64,000 nt of DNA from Oscillospiraceae bacterium (GTDB taxonomy: Bacteria > Bacillota > Clostridia > Oscillospirales > Acutalibacteraceae): assembly GCA_009779995.1 (NCBI GenBank), contig WRDW01000003.1, positions 2,392 through 66,391 of the forward strand, written 5' to 3'. Under the pieces are notes generated by a model, which worked only from the letters and a program-made list of their open reading frames with translations, had not been told where the DNA came from and ran no database searches. The position numbers and the translations under genes were made by a program. How positions within the stretch are numbered: position 1 is the first letter of the stretch; each line of letters starts with the position of its first letter. Positions 46,348 to 55,554 of the stretch are shown here, one piece after another.

Positions 46348-46447
46348 CCGCCCCTGAGTCGACAGCTCGGGCGGTTACTTCTCGTTTTTCAGCAATTATG
46401 AGGGGCAAGGGGAGCGGGCCGCCTGTTGGGCAACGCCACCCCTCATG
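46330..46447 (-). ncRNA. Candidate convergent antisense RNA (locus 2)
   Basis: Downstream of the minus-strand promoter at 46451-46479. Begins with hairpin ATGAGGGG..CCCCTCAT, then runs into the complement of the small-ORF terminator and 3' codons. 3' end not defined. Confidence 0.35.
46340..46389 (+). terminator. Terminator overlapping the last codons of the small ORF
   Basis: AGAAGTAACCGCCC-15 nt-GGGCGGTTACTTCT followed by CGTTTTT. Confidence 0.7.
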
Positions 46448-46450
46448 AAT

Positions 46451-46479
46451 AGTATAGCGCAAAACATTGCCCTTGTCAA
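46451..46479 (-). promoter_or_regulatory. Convergent antisense promoter (locus 2)
   Basis: Minus strand: TTGACA, 17 nt, TATACT. Confidence 0.55.
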
Positions 46480-46519
46480 GGGATTTTTTTATCATGCGAA
46501 AAGATAAGGAGAACTTCTC

Positions 46520-47842
46520 ATGCCTGATTTCTACCCGACCATCCCAGTGATCCCCTACGACCCCTCCAGCAAATCACCCCTGGCGTTTCATTTTTACAAC
46601 CCGGATGAAACGCTGCTGGGCAAGACGATGAAAGCCCACCTGCGCTTTGCCATGAGCTATTGGCACACCATGTGCGCCGGGGGCGCGGACATGTTCGGCG
46701 TGGCGACCCTGGATAAGTCCTACGGCCACGCCGACCCCATGGCAAGCGCCTACGTTAAGGCCGGGGCCGCCTTCGAGTTCATGCGGAAGCTGGGCCTGGA
46801 GCTCTACTGCTTTCACGACAGGGACATCGCCCCCGAGGCCGATACCCTGTGCGAGACGAATGCAAGGCTGGATAAAATCAGCGACAAGCTGCTGGAGCTG
46901 CAAAACGAAAGCGGCATCGCGCCGCTGTGGGGCACGGCGAACCTCTTCAGCAACCCGCGCTATCAGAACGGCGCGGCCAGCAGCTGCTCGCCCGAGGTGT
47001 TCGCCTTCGCCGCCGCCCAGGTGAAGAAGGCCCTGGAGCTCACGGTGAAGCTCGGCGGGCAGGGCTTCGTGTTCTGGGGCGGGCGCGAGGGCTACGAGAC
47101 GCTGCTCAACACGAATTACGCCCTGGAGCAGGAAAACATCGCCCGGCTGTTCACCCTGGCGCGGGACTACGCCCGTTCGATTGGCTTCAAGGGGCCGTTT
47201 TACGTCGAGCCCAAGCCCAAGGAGCCCATGAAGCACCAGTACGACTACGATGCCGCCGCCGCGATTGGCTTCCTGCGCAAGTACGGCCTGCAAGATGATT
47301 TCAAAATGAACATCGAGGCAAACCACGCCACCCTGGCCGGGCATACCTTCCAGCACGAGCTGCGCATGGCCCGGGAGGAGGGCATGTTCGGCTCCATCGA
47401 CGCCAACATCGGCGATCCCCTGCTGGGCTGGGACACCGACCAGTTCCCCACGAACGTGTACGACTCGACGCTTGCCATGCTGGAAGTCCTGCAGGCCGGG
47501 GGATTTACGACAGGCGGCCTGAACTTCGACGCGAAGACGCGCCGGGCCTCCAACAGCTTCGAGGATCTGTTCCAGGCCTACGTCGCCGGGATGGACGCCT
47601 TCGCCTTGGGGCTGCGCATGGCGGCGAAGCTGCAAGCCGACGGCCGCCTGGGCGAGTTCGTGAAGGCCCGTTACGCCGGGTATGAGAGCGGCCTCGGCCT
47701 GGACATCGTGGAGGGCCGCGCCGATATGGCCGCCCTGGAGGCCTTCGCCCTGGAGCGGGGCGACGTCGAAACCACCAGCGGCCGGCAGGAGTATCTGGAG
47801 CATGTGATGAACTGCGTGATGTTTGGACAGGCAAAACTGTAG
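46520..47842 (+). CDS. xylA: Xylose isomerase
   Basis: 440 aa. ..[40 protein letters not shown].. Confidence 0.95.
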   Translation: MPDFYPTIPVIPYDPSSKSPLAFHFYNPDETLLGKTMKAHLRFAMSYWHTMCAGGADMFGVATLDKSYGHADPMASAYVKAGAAFEFMRKLGLELYCFHDRDIAPEADTLCETNARLDKISDKLLELQNESGIAPLWGTANLFSNPRYQNGAASSCSPEVFAFAAAQVKKALELTVKLGGQGFVFWGGREGYETLLNTNYALEQENIARLFTLARDYARSIGFKGPFYVEPKPKEPMKHQYDYDAAAAIGFLRKYGLQDDFKMNIEANHATLAGHTFQHELRMAREEGMFGSIDANIGDPLLGWDTDQFPTNVYDSTLAMLEVLQAGGFTTGGLNFDAKTRRASNSFEDLFQAYVAGMDAFALGLRMAAKLQADGRLGEFVKARYAGYESGLGLDIVEGRADMAALEAFALERGDVETTSGRQEYLEHVMNCVMFGQAKL

Positions 47843-47906
47843 GGGTGGCATTCTTGCCACCCGGGCGGCAACAAAAAACGGGCGGCAAAAATGCCGCCCC
47901 TACAGG
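47838..47906. repeat. REP-like palindromes (GTAGGGG..GGCATTCTTGCC family)
   Basis: CTGTAGGGGTGGCATTCTTGCCACCCGGGCGGCAA..GGGCGGCAAAAATGCCGCCCCTACAG. Confidence 0.75.
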
Positions 47907-47918
47907 TTCTGCTATGCC

Positions 47919-48815
47919 CTACCCCAGCCCCAAATACTCCTCCAAGCACTGACCGCTGGCCTTCATCGCCGTGGCGGGGCCTGCGCCCACGTAGCGCCAG
48001 TGCCATGGCTCGTAGGTGATCTGGGTGATGCCGGTCTTGTCTTTCGGGTAGCGCAGGATGAAGCCGTATTCGTGGGCGTGGGCCGTGAGCCAAGCAAACT
48101 CCGCCGTGGCGTCGAAACCCGTGCTGGTGCCGGCGATGTCCATGGCGAGGCCCGCGCCGTGCTCGCTGCAGCCGGGCGGGAGGATGCTCTGCGCGGCGAT
48201 GTTCACCGCCTGGGCGTAGCTGTAGCCCCGGTTCACGTTGGTCTGCACCAGGCGCTCGAAGTTGGCCTTCTGCCGGGCGTCGCTGCGGTAGCCCGAGTAG
48301 GGGGTGAGCCGCGCGCCCCCGGCCAGGGCGGCGTCATACATCAGCTTATACTGCGCCGCCGCCGTGGCCTCCATCTTTTGCTCGTACCCCTCCACGCAGG
48401 TCTTCAGCGCGGGCTCGTAGTTCGCGGGCAGGTGGTAATCGCGGTTCACGCACAGGAGGTAGGGGTCGGATGGCACGCTGGCCGCCACCGGCGCGATGCC
48501 GGGGTAGTCGTAGGCGTAGGTTCCGCCGGGCCGGGCCGCGGCCCTGGGGATGGTGTTCTGCACGGGCGCGGGAGCCCTCGTGGTTGGCGCGAAGGTCACG
48601 GACGCGACGAGCCGCGCGACGGCGGTATCAGCGGCGGCTGTGGTTTGCGCTGCCGTTTCGGCTGCGATATTGACATTTGTGATTGCGGCTGCGGCGGTCG
48701 TCGCCTGCGTGGTCTCCGGCGCGGCTTCCGGCTCCGGCGCCCTGCCGCAGGACGCGGCGCACAGCAGGCACAGCAGGGCCAACAAAAGCGCTCCCATTTT
48801 TTTCTTTTTCAACAT
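47919..48815 (-). CDS. M15B (VanY-type) D-alanyl-D-alanine carboxypeptidase-like lipoprotein
   Basis: Lipobox ..LLCLLCAASC. ..SGYRS...Q.., CSEHGAGLAMDI, EPWHWRYVG (H-D-H zinc ligand pattern). Start trimmed to MLKKKK. Confidence 0.85.
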   Translation of the reverse strand: MLKKKKMGALLLALLCLLCAASCGRAPEPEAAPETTQATTAAAAITNVNIAAETAAQTTAAADTAVARLVASVTFAPTTRAPAPVQNTIPRAAARPGGTYAYDYPGIAPVAASVPSDPYLLCVNRDYHLPANYEPALKTCVEGYEQKMEATAAAQYKLMYDAALAGGARLTPYSGYRSDARQKANFERLVQTNVNRGYSYAQAVNIAAQSILPPGCSEHGAGLAMDIAGTSTGFDATAEFAWLTAHAHEYGFILRYPKDKTGITQITYEPWHWRYVGAGPATAMKASGQCLEEYLGLG

Positions 48816-48833
48816 AATACTCTCCATGCATAC

Positions 48834-48862
48834 ATTTTACACCTTTAAATAGTATTTGTCAA
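48834..48862 (-). promoter_or_regulatory. Promoter of the M15 peptidase gene
   Basis: Minus strand: TTGACA, 17 nt, TAAAAT. Confidence 0.5.
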
Positions 48863-48875
48863 GGAGGAGTTCATC

Positions 48876-50366
48876 ATGCGTTCCATTCTCATCGGCCTGG
48901 ATATTGGCACATCCAGCTGCAAGGCCCTGGCCGTGGACGAAAATGCCCGCCTGCTGGCCTCGGCAAGCGAGGAGTACCCCTGTTATGCTCCAAAGCCCGG
49001 CTGGAGCGAGCAGGACCCCGCCGACTGGTGGCGCGGGGCCCGCGCGGCGCTGTCGCGGCTCATGCGAAAAATTGAGCCATCCCGGGTGAAGGCCATAGGG
49101 CTCTCCGGGCAGATGCACGGCATGGTGGCCCTGGACGCGCAAATGCAAGTCCTGCGGCCCGCGATTCTCTGGAATGACCAGCGCACGGCAAAGCAGTGCG
49201 AGGAGATCACCCGGGCCGCCGGGGGGCCCGAGGGCCTGCTGCGCCTGACCAACAACGCCATGCTCACGGGCTTCACCGGCGGGAAGATCGCCTGGTTCCG
49301 CGAGAACGAGCCCGAGCTTTACGCGAAATGCGTGAAAATAATCAACCCGAAAGATTACATGAATTATTTGCTCACAGGGGAGCTCGCCACGGAGGTCAGC
49401 GACGCCAGCGGCACCGGGTTCTACGATGTGGCCCATGATTGCTGGAGCAGTGAGCTCCTGGGCATTTTGGGCATTTCAGAGAATTTATTTGCGCCTGTAA
49501 AAAACTCGACTGAGAGTATCGGCAAAATCTCTAAAGAAGCATCAGAATTGACCAGCCTGCCTGAAAACCTTCCTGTCGTGGCCGGGGGCGGCGACGCGGT
49601 GCTCTCCGCCGTGGGCATGGGCCTGGAGGAGGCCTGGCAGCTGGCCGTCACCCTGGGCACCAGCGGCGTCGTCGCCCGGCACGTGCCCGCGTTCTTTAAG
49701 AACGAGGGCGCGAAATTGCAGTTCTCGCGGGCCTGCCTGCCGGGGCTGTTTCACGTGATGGGCGTCACGCTCTCGGCGGCGGGGAGCTACCAGTGGCTGG
49801 AAAGCATCCTGGGCGACCCGCGCCTGGCCTCCCGGAGCGAGCGCTACAAGGCCCTGGACGAAGCGGCCGCCGCGTCCCCGCCGGGGGCGAACGGCGCGCT
49901 GTTCCTGCCCTATCTCAGCGGCGAGCGCTGCCCCGTGAACGACGCCGACGCCACGGGCTGCTTCCTCGGCCTGCGCGGGCAGACATCGAAGGGCGACCTG
50001 GCCCGGGCGGTGCTGGAGGGCGTGGCCTTCTCCCTGCGGCAGGCCTACGACCTGATGGCCGATGCCACCGGCCCGGCAAAGCGTCTGATTCTCGCGGGGG
50101 GCGGCGCGGCGAGCCCCCTCTGGCGGCAGGTCATGGCCGACGCCTTCGCCCTGCCGGTTGTCACGCTGGAGGCGGGCGACGAGGGCGGCTCCTTCGGCGC
50201 GGCGATTCTGGCCGGCCTGGGCGCGGGCGTGTGGGATGCCCCGGCGCAAGCCCTGGGCCAGCTGCGCGTGAAAAGCGAAACGCTCCCGATGGAGGAGCAT
50301 TTGGCTTTGTATAGTGAGCGGTATGAGGTGTATAAGAGGGTGTATCCGGCGGTGCGGGGGCTGTAG
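48876..50366 (+). CDS. xylB: Xylulokinase
   Basis: 496 aa. FGGY kinase family: LIGLDIGTSSCKA.., ..GGGDAV.., ..GGGA.S.LWRQ..AD. Confidence 0.92.
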   Translation: MRSILIGLDIGTSSCKALAVDENARLLASASEEYPCYAPKPGWSEQDPADWWRGARAALSRLMRKIEPSRVKAIGLSGQMHGMVALDAQMQVLRPAILWNDQRTAKQCEEITRAAGGPEGLLRLTNNAMLTGFTGGKIAWFRENEPELYAKCVKIINPKDYMNYLLTGELATEVSDASGTGFYDVAHDCWSSELLGILGISENLFAPVKNSTESIGKISKEASELTSLPENLPVVAGGGDAVLSAVGMGLEEAWQLAVTLGTSGVVARHVPAFFKNEGAKLQFSRACLPGLFHVMGVTLSAAGSYQWLESILGDPRLASRSERYKALDEAAAASPPGANGALFLPYLSGERCPVNDADATGCFLGLRGQTSKGDLARAVLEGVAFSLRQAYDLMADATGPAKRLILAGGGAASPLWRQVMADAFALPVVTLEAGDEGGSFGAAILAGLGAGVWDAPAQALGQLRVKSETLPMEEHLALYSERYEVYKRVYPAVRGL

Positions 50367-50500
50367 GGGCATTCCCCAGCGACGGCCCCTTCGGGAGTCG
50401 CCGCATCCCCCCTCGCAAGCGAGGGGGGCTATTTGTGGCATTTTCGTAGATTGCGGATGAACCACGAAAAGCCCCCCTCGCTTGCGAGGGGGGGTCCATG
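50367..50500. repeat. Cluster of GC-rich REP-like palindromes
   Basis: CCCCCCTCGCAAGCGAGGGGGG and CCCCCCTCGCTTGCGAGGGGGGG. Confidence 0.7.
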
Positions 50501-50516
50501 CGTGGTGGGTGTACTC

Positions 50517-51662
50517 CTAAAACACATTCTCCTCCGCCGTCACCGGCAGCAGCTTTTGCGCCTCGAAGGGGGATTCGATGGCGATCTCGCGGCCCTCGGC
50601 GCTGCTGCGCTCGATGGCGGTGAGCACTTCGAGCACGTGCAGGGTCTGCGTGGCGGCCCCGGCGCGGGGGGCGCGGCCCTGTTGCAGAGCGGCTGCCATG
50701 TCAGCCAGGCCCACGCCGCGGCAGTTCTCGGAGTAGATGTCGTAGGGCGTGTCGAAGGGAATCCACGCGCCGCCGCCAAAGTTCTGCGCCGCGTCGGGGG
50801 AATTTTTTTCTTTCACTTTGATTTTGATCTCCCCGCCGAAGTTGTTGGGGTCGGGGACGATCATGTTGCCGGAGGTGCCGTAAATTTCGATGTTGTTGAC
50901 GCCGGGCATGGAGAAGGCGTCGAATGTCGTAATCAGCGTGGCAATTGCCCCTGAGCAAAAACGCAGCAGGGCGGTTTGATGCGTTGGCACGTCCACTTCA
51001 ATGACAGTGCCGTTCAGGGGCTGGCTGGTGATGGTGCGCGTGGGCCAGGTGGTACGGGTCATGCCCATGACGCTCTTCACCGGGCCTATCAGCTGGCACA
51101 GCGCGGTGACGTAATACGGCCCCATGTCCAGCATCGGGCCGCCGCCGGGTGCGCGGTAGTAAAATTCCGGGTCGGGGTGCCAGGTCTCGTGGCCGTGGCA
51201 GATCATGTGCGCCGCCGCCCCGATGGGCCGGCCTATCACATCCTCGCTGAGCAGCTTGCGGCAGCCCTGTACGCCCGCCCCCAGGAAGGTGTCCGGCGCG
51301 CCGCCGATGAGTAGGCCCTTTGCCTGCGCGAGCTCCACGAGCTCTTTACCCTGCTCAAATGTCGCGGCCAGGGGCTTCTCGCTGTAGACGTGCTTGCCGG
51401 CCTCCAGCGCCGCGCGGCTGACCTCGTAGTGCTCCGCCGGGCGGGTGAGGTTCAGCACGATGTCGACTTGCGGGTCGGCGAAGAGCTCGCGCATGTCGCC
51501 GTAGAGCTTCATGCCGTAGGCGTCCACGGCGCGCTGCGCCTTCTCTTTTACAAGGTCGCACACGCCGATTATTTCCAAATCCGTGAATTTTTCCGTCAGG
51601 TTTTTCAGGTAGATGCCGCTGATGTTGCCCACACCCACGAAACCGATCCCGGTCTTTTTCAT
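50517..51662 (-). CDS. Gfo/Idh/MocA family oxidoreductase
   Basis: MKKTGIGFVGVGNISGIY.. Rossmann N-terminus. Start trimmed to 51662; the upstream part of the ORF is REP sequence. Confidence 0.85.
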   Translation of the reverse strand: MKKTGIGFVGVGNISGIYLKNLTEKFTDLEIIGVCDLVKEKAQRAVDAYGMKLYGDMRELFADPQVDIVLNLTRPAEHYEVSRAALEAGKHVYSEKPLAATFEQGKELVELAQAKGLLIGGAPDTFLGAGVQGCRKLLSEDVIGRPIGAAAHMICHGHETWHPDPEFYYRAPGGGPMLDMGPYYVTALCQLIGPVKSVMGMTRTTWPTRTITSQPLNGTVIEVDVPTHQTALLRFCSGAIATLITTFDAFSMPGVNNIEIYGTSGNMIVPDPNNFGGEIKIKVKEKNSPDAAQNFGGGAWIPFDTPYDIYSENCRGVGLADMAAALQQGRAPRAGAATQTLHVLEVLTAIERSSAEGREIAIESPFEAQKLLPVTAEENVF

Positions 51663-51700
51663 GGTCTGTCCTCCCCTGATGCTGAATATTTGCAAGGATT

Positions 51701-51792
51701 CGGGTGGCATGAATGCCGCCTCTACAGCCTCTGCTAGCCGAAACACGCCCCACTTTCGCAATCCTGCAGGGGCGGCATTCTTGCCGCCCGGG
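51701..51792. repeat. REP-like palindromes (GGCATGAATGCC / GGCATTCTTGCC family)
   Basis: GGGTGGCATGAATGCCGCCTCTACAG .. CTGCAGGGGCGGCATTCTTGCCGCCCGG. Confidence 0.7.
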
Positions 51793-51837
51793 ATATTTAT
51801 ACAACCTTGCCGCCGAAAAAAACACGGCAAAAATTTA

Positions 51838-52563
51838 TCAATACATTTTCGCGTTGTTTAAATAGCGATCCACCGTCCAGCCCCGGGCGGCGGCGAAGGC
51901 CTTGCCCCCGGCAGCCCATAGGAAGCCGCGCCGCATGAGCTCCTGCGCGGCGGGGGCCTGGTCGAATACGTCGTCATGATGCCCGAGCGAGTTGTAGAAT
52001 ACCCGCCCGACGCCCCAGTATTTCGTCCACACCACCGGCATATCCACCGGCTTGTTGGAGGCGTGGTAGTATCTCACCAGGGGAAAGCGCGTGGTGGCAA
52101 GCACTTCGATCGAGGGATCGACGTGCAAATAATACTGCTCGCTGACAACTTTGAAATCCTCAATGCCCTCTATGATGGGGCTGGAACCGCGCGCGATGTT
52201 CACGGTGTATTCCACGCCCGCGCCGCCGGGGTGGCTCACCCACTGCCCGCCGGTCATGAACTGCCACTCGGTGTCCTCCCGGTAGGCGTCGCACATGCCG
52301 CCGTGGCAGCCCGCGATGCCGACGCCCGCGCCCACGGCTTTCGCGATGGCCCGCGATGTGTCCCCGGGCATGGAGGCGCTGGTGGTCACCGGCACGAGCA
52401 GATCCAGGGCCACCAGCTCGTCATAGCCCGGCAGCCGCTTCGCCTCTTTCACCACGCGCACCCGAAAGCCCTCGTTCTCCAGGATGCGCTGGAAGCGCTT
52501 GGCCACCTTCTCCGGCTCGTGGCCGTCCCAGCCGCCCCAGAAGATCAGCGCGGATTTGCCCAT
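51838..52563 (-). CDS. ThuA-domain protein
   Basis: MGKSALIFWGGWDGHEP.. and ..VWTKYWG.GRVFY..LGH.. are ThuA-like. Confidence 0.8.
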   Translation of the reverse strand: MGKSALIFWGGWDGHEPEKVAKRFQRILENEGFRVRVVKEAKRLPGYDELVALDLLVPVTTSASMPGDTSRAIAKAVGAGVGIAGCHGGMCDAYREDTEWQFMTGGQWVSHPGGAGVEYTVNIARGSSPIIEGIEDFKVVSEQYYLHVDPSIEVLATTRFPLVRYYHASNKPVDMPVVWTKYWGVGRVFYNSLGHHDDVFDQAPAAQELMRRGFLWAAGGKAFAAARGWTVDRYLNNAKMY

Positions 52564-52613
52564 AGTTTAGCTGCTCCCCACATATATTCGCAATCAACAA
52601 TATAGCAAGGAGC

Positions 52614-52642
52614 ATTATACCATACTATTTTTGGAAATGCAA
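52614..52642 (-). promoter_or_regulatory. Promoter of the ThuA-like/oxidoreductase unit
   Basis: Minus strand: TTGCAT, 17 nt, TATAAT. Near-identical cassette to 42753-42782. Confidence 0.5.
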
Positions 52643-52680
52643 GGGAAATTTGCAAAATTTCACAATTTTTATCAAGCAGT

Positions 52681-53106
52681 TTAAAGCGCGAGCAGCAGCT
52701 CCATGGCCCTCGCGTAGCCCGCGAAGCCCTGTCCCGCGATTGTTTCCACGCAGGCCAGCGAGGCATAGGATATTTTCCGGAAGTCCTCGCGGGAGTGCAC
52801 GTCGCTCAGGTGGACCTCCACGGCGGGGAGGCCCACTGCCTTCAGGGCGTCCAGGATGGCCACGCTGGTGTGGGTGTAGGCCGCCGGGTTGATCACAATG
52901 GCGTCGGCCGTTCCCAGGCACTGCTGAATATGCTCTACCAGCGCGCCCTCATAATTCGACTGGAAGATGTCCGCTTCCACGCCCAACGCCTTTGCGCTGC
53001 CGCGAATGAAGGCCTCCAGATCGGCATAGGTGGCGTGGCCGTAGATTTCCGGCTCGCGGATGCCGAGCATGTTCAGGTTCGGGCCGTTGATGACGGTGAT
53101 TTTCAT
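52681..53106 (-). CDS. aroQ: Type II 3-dehydroquinate dehydratase
   Basis: MKITVINGPNLNMLGIREPEIYG.., ..NPAAYTHTSVA.. Confidence 0.9.
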   Translation of the reverse strand: MKITVINGPNLNMLGIREPEIYGHATYADLEAFIRGSAKALGVEADIFQSNYEGALVEHIQQCLGTADAIVINPAAYTHTSVAILDALKAVGLPAVEVHLSDVHSREDFRKISYASLACVETIAGQGFAGYARAMELLLAL

Positions 53107-54308
53107 GAATACAACCTCCACGCCTGCTCAAATAATTCTTCCCAGTCCTCGTTGTGGTCTACGCATATATCTGCCGCCGCCTCGTAATGGGGCCTCCTGA
53201 CCTGTTCCAGCTTTTCCAGATCGACGGATAGAGGCCGCCCATCTGTCGCCAGGCAGCGAATGCCGCGGCGTATCCACAGGAGCCTGCCGTTGCCGCGCAG
53301 GGCCTCGACGTTCTCCCGGCGCAGCACCGCGCCGCCCCCCGTGGCGATCACCTGGCCGGTCTGCGCGCCGAAGCGCGCCGCCATCCGTGCCTCTATCTCC
53401 CGGAAGGCCGCCTCGCCCTGCGTGAGCAGGATTTCCCGCCCGGAAAGGCCGGTGCGCCTCTCGATCTCCATGTCCAGGTCGACGAAGGGGCGCCCGCCGC
53501 GCTGCGCCAGGCGGCGGCCCAGGGAGGTCTTGCCGCTGCCGGGCATCCCGATGAGCACCCAGTTCTCCAGGTCCCGCCGCAGCGGAGACAGCACGCGGGC
53601 GGCGTCGCATTCGTTGCAGGGCTCCCCAGTGAACAATTTAATGGACGCCGCCGCCTGGGCCACGAGCATGGAGAGGCCGTCGGCGGTTTTGAGGCCGCGC
53701 TGCTGCGCCTTTTGCAGGAAGCGCGTGCGCAGGGGGTTGTAAATTAAGTCCAAGGCGGCCTCCAGGGCGGGGAATCTGTCGGGCTCCGCCGGGCAATTTT
53801 CGGCTTTGGGGAACATCCCCAGGGGCGTGGCGTTGACGATCACCTGGGTGCCCGTGTGACCGTACATGCTGCCGAAGTCCCCGCGTTTTATCACGATCAC
53901 GCTCTTTGCGCCCATCTCAACCGCGACAATCTGTACGGTGAGCGAGGCCCCGCCGCTGCCCAGCACGAGCACGCGCTTTCCCGCGAGCTGTATCCCGGCC
54001 TCGTCCAGCATAAATTGAAAGCCTGCGGGGTCGGTGTTGTGGCCGAAGAGTGTTCCGTCGCTGCGTTTCACGATAGTGTTGACGGCTCCTACGCATTTGG
54101 CTGTATCGCTCAGTGCATCGCAGTAGGGGATGACTGCCTGTTTGTAAGGGATGGTCACGTTGATTCCCTGGAAAGCGCGCCGGGCGAAGAAGGCGGGCAG
54201 CCCGTCCGGGGGCAGGGGGCATAATTCGTAGGCATACCCGCGCAAGCGCTTATGAATTTCCGGCGACCAGCTGTGTTCGAGGTGCTCGCCGATGAGGCCG
54301 AAGGTCAT
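53103..54308 (-). CDS. aroE: Fused shikimate dehydrogenase / shikimate kinase
   Basis: N-terminal AroE (..INVTIPYK..NTD..LGSGGAS..) and C-terminal AroK (LIGMPGSGKTSLGRRLA..GGGAV) in one 401-aa ORF. Confidence 0.85.
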   Translation of the reverse strand: MTFGLIGEHLEHSWSPEIHKRLRGYAYELCPLPPDGLPAFFARRAFQGINVTIPYKQAVIPYCDALSDTAKCVGAVNTIVKRSDGTLFGHNTDPAGFQFMLDEAGIQLAGKRVLVLGSGGASLTVQIVAVEMGAKSVIVIKRGDFGSMYGHTGTQVIVNATPLGMFPKAENCPAEPDRFPALEAALDLIYNPLRTRFLQKAQQRGLKTADGLSMLVAQAAASIKLFTGEPCNECDAARVLSPLRRDLENWVLIGMPGSGKTSLGRRLAQRGGRPFVDLDMEIERRTGLSGREILLTQGEAAFREIEARMAARFGAQTGQVIATGGGAVLRRENVEALRGNGRLLWIRRGIRCLATDGRPLSVDLEKLEQVRRPHYEAAADICVDHNEDWEELFEQAWRLYS

Positions 54309-54586
54309 GACAGCCCCTCCTGTATCTCCCGGCTGGCCCGGAAAACCGCCTCGTAGATTGTTTCCAGAGCGGGCAAGTATTCGGGGGCGATTGAAGTGCC
54401 CAGACGCGACAGGATCGCCTGCTCGCGCGCGGGCCGGTGAATGGGCGCGCAGGTTTTGCGCTTGACAGCGGCGACCTGCGCCGTAAGGCCCATGCGCCGC
54501 TCCAGCAGGGGCGCGATTTCGTCGTCGATACGGTCGATCTCGACACGCAAGGCGTCGATTTCGGCGCGCAGCTCTTCCGGGCTCAT
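54305..54586 (-). CDS. Chorismate mutase (AroQ-class, helical)
   Basis: ..LRAEIDALRVEIDRIDDEIAPLLERRMGL...VA..K pattern. Confidence 0.8.
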   Translation of the reverse strand: MSPEELRAEIDALRVEIDRIDDEIAPLLERRMGLTAQVAAVKRKTCAPIHRPAREQAILSRLGTSIAPEYLPALETIYEAVFRASREIQEGLS

Positions 54587-55554
54587 AGCCTTCCCTCCAT
54601 CAGCAAGTCCAGCAGGACGCAGGCCGTCACGGCCTCCACCACGGGCACGGCGCGGGGCACGATGCAGGCGTCGTGCCGCCCATCTATCGTCAGATCTACC
54701 TCTTCCAGGGAGCGCAAATCCACGCTCTTCTGCGGCAGGGCGATGGAGGGCGTGGGCTTTATCGCCACGCGCAGCACCAGCGGCATCCCCGTGGTGAGGC
54801 CGCCCAGGACGCCCCCATGATGGTTCGTGCGCGTGCGTATTTGGCCGCCTTTGACGAAATACTCGTCATTATTCTCGCTGCCCAGAAGCGAAGCGGCGGA
54901 AAAGCCCGAGCCGAATTCCACGCCGCGCACCGCCGGGATGCCGAACAGCGCCGCCGCCAGGCGGTTCTCCACCCCGCCGAACATGGGCGCGCCGAGCCCC
55001 GCGGGCAGGCCCTCGGCCACGCATTCGATCACGCCGCCCACGGAATCGCCGCGCTGCATTGCATCAGCGACGTCGCCCATTTTTGCGATTTTTGCACTGA
55101 CCGTGACGCCCCGGCGTTCGAGAATTTGCAGGCACACGGCCCCGGCGAAGCACAGCGGCGCGGTCAGCCGGCCCGAGCTGTGGCCGCCGCCGCGGATGTC
55201 CTGGTGGCCCCTGTGCTTCACGGCAAGGGGAAAATCGGCGTGGCCGGGGCGGGGGACGTGCCGCAGCGCCTCGTAGTCCTTCGGCCGCGCGTCTGTATTT
55301 TCGATCATCGCGCACAGGGGCGCGCCGCAGGTGACGCCCTCCGCCAGGCCGGAGAGCACGCGGGCCCCGTCGGCCTCGCGGCGGGGGGTGTCGCCGGGAT
55401 TGCGGCCCGGCGCGCGCCGCGCCATGAAGGCCGCAATCGCCTGCATGTCAAGGTGTTCACCGGCGGGCAGGCCGTCGATCACCACGCCTATGCCCTCGGA
55501 ATGCGACTGCCCGAAGATTGAAAATTTCACGTTTTCGCCGAAGACAGAGCTCAT
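54583..55554 (-). CDS. aroC: Chorismate synthase
   Basis: ..FGQSHSEGIGVVIDGLPAG.., ..GRPGHADF.., ..GGGHSSGR.. At 323 aa it is shorter than most. Confidence 0.88.
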   Translation of the reverse strand: MSSVFGENVKFSIFGQSHSEGIGVVIDGLPAGEHLDMQAIAAFMARRAPGRNPGDTPRREADGARVLSGLAEGVTCGAPLCAMIENTDARPKDYEALRHVPRPGHADFPLAVKHRGHQDIRGGGHSSGRLTAPLCFAGAVCLQILERRGVTVSAKIAKMGDVADAMQRGDSVGGVIECVAEGLPAGLGAPMFGGVENRLAAALFGIPAVRGVEFGSGFSAASLLGSENNDEYFVKGGQIRTRTNHHGGVLGGLTTGMPLVLRVAIKPTPSIALPQKSVDLRSLEEVDLTIDGRHDACIVPRAVPVVEAVTACVLLDLLMEGRL

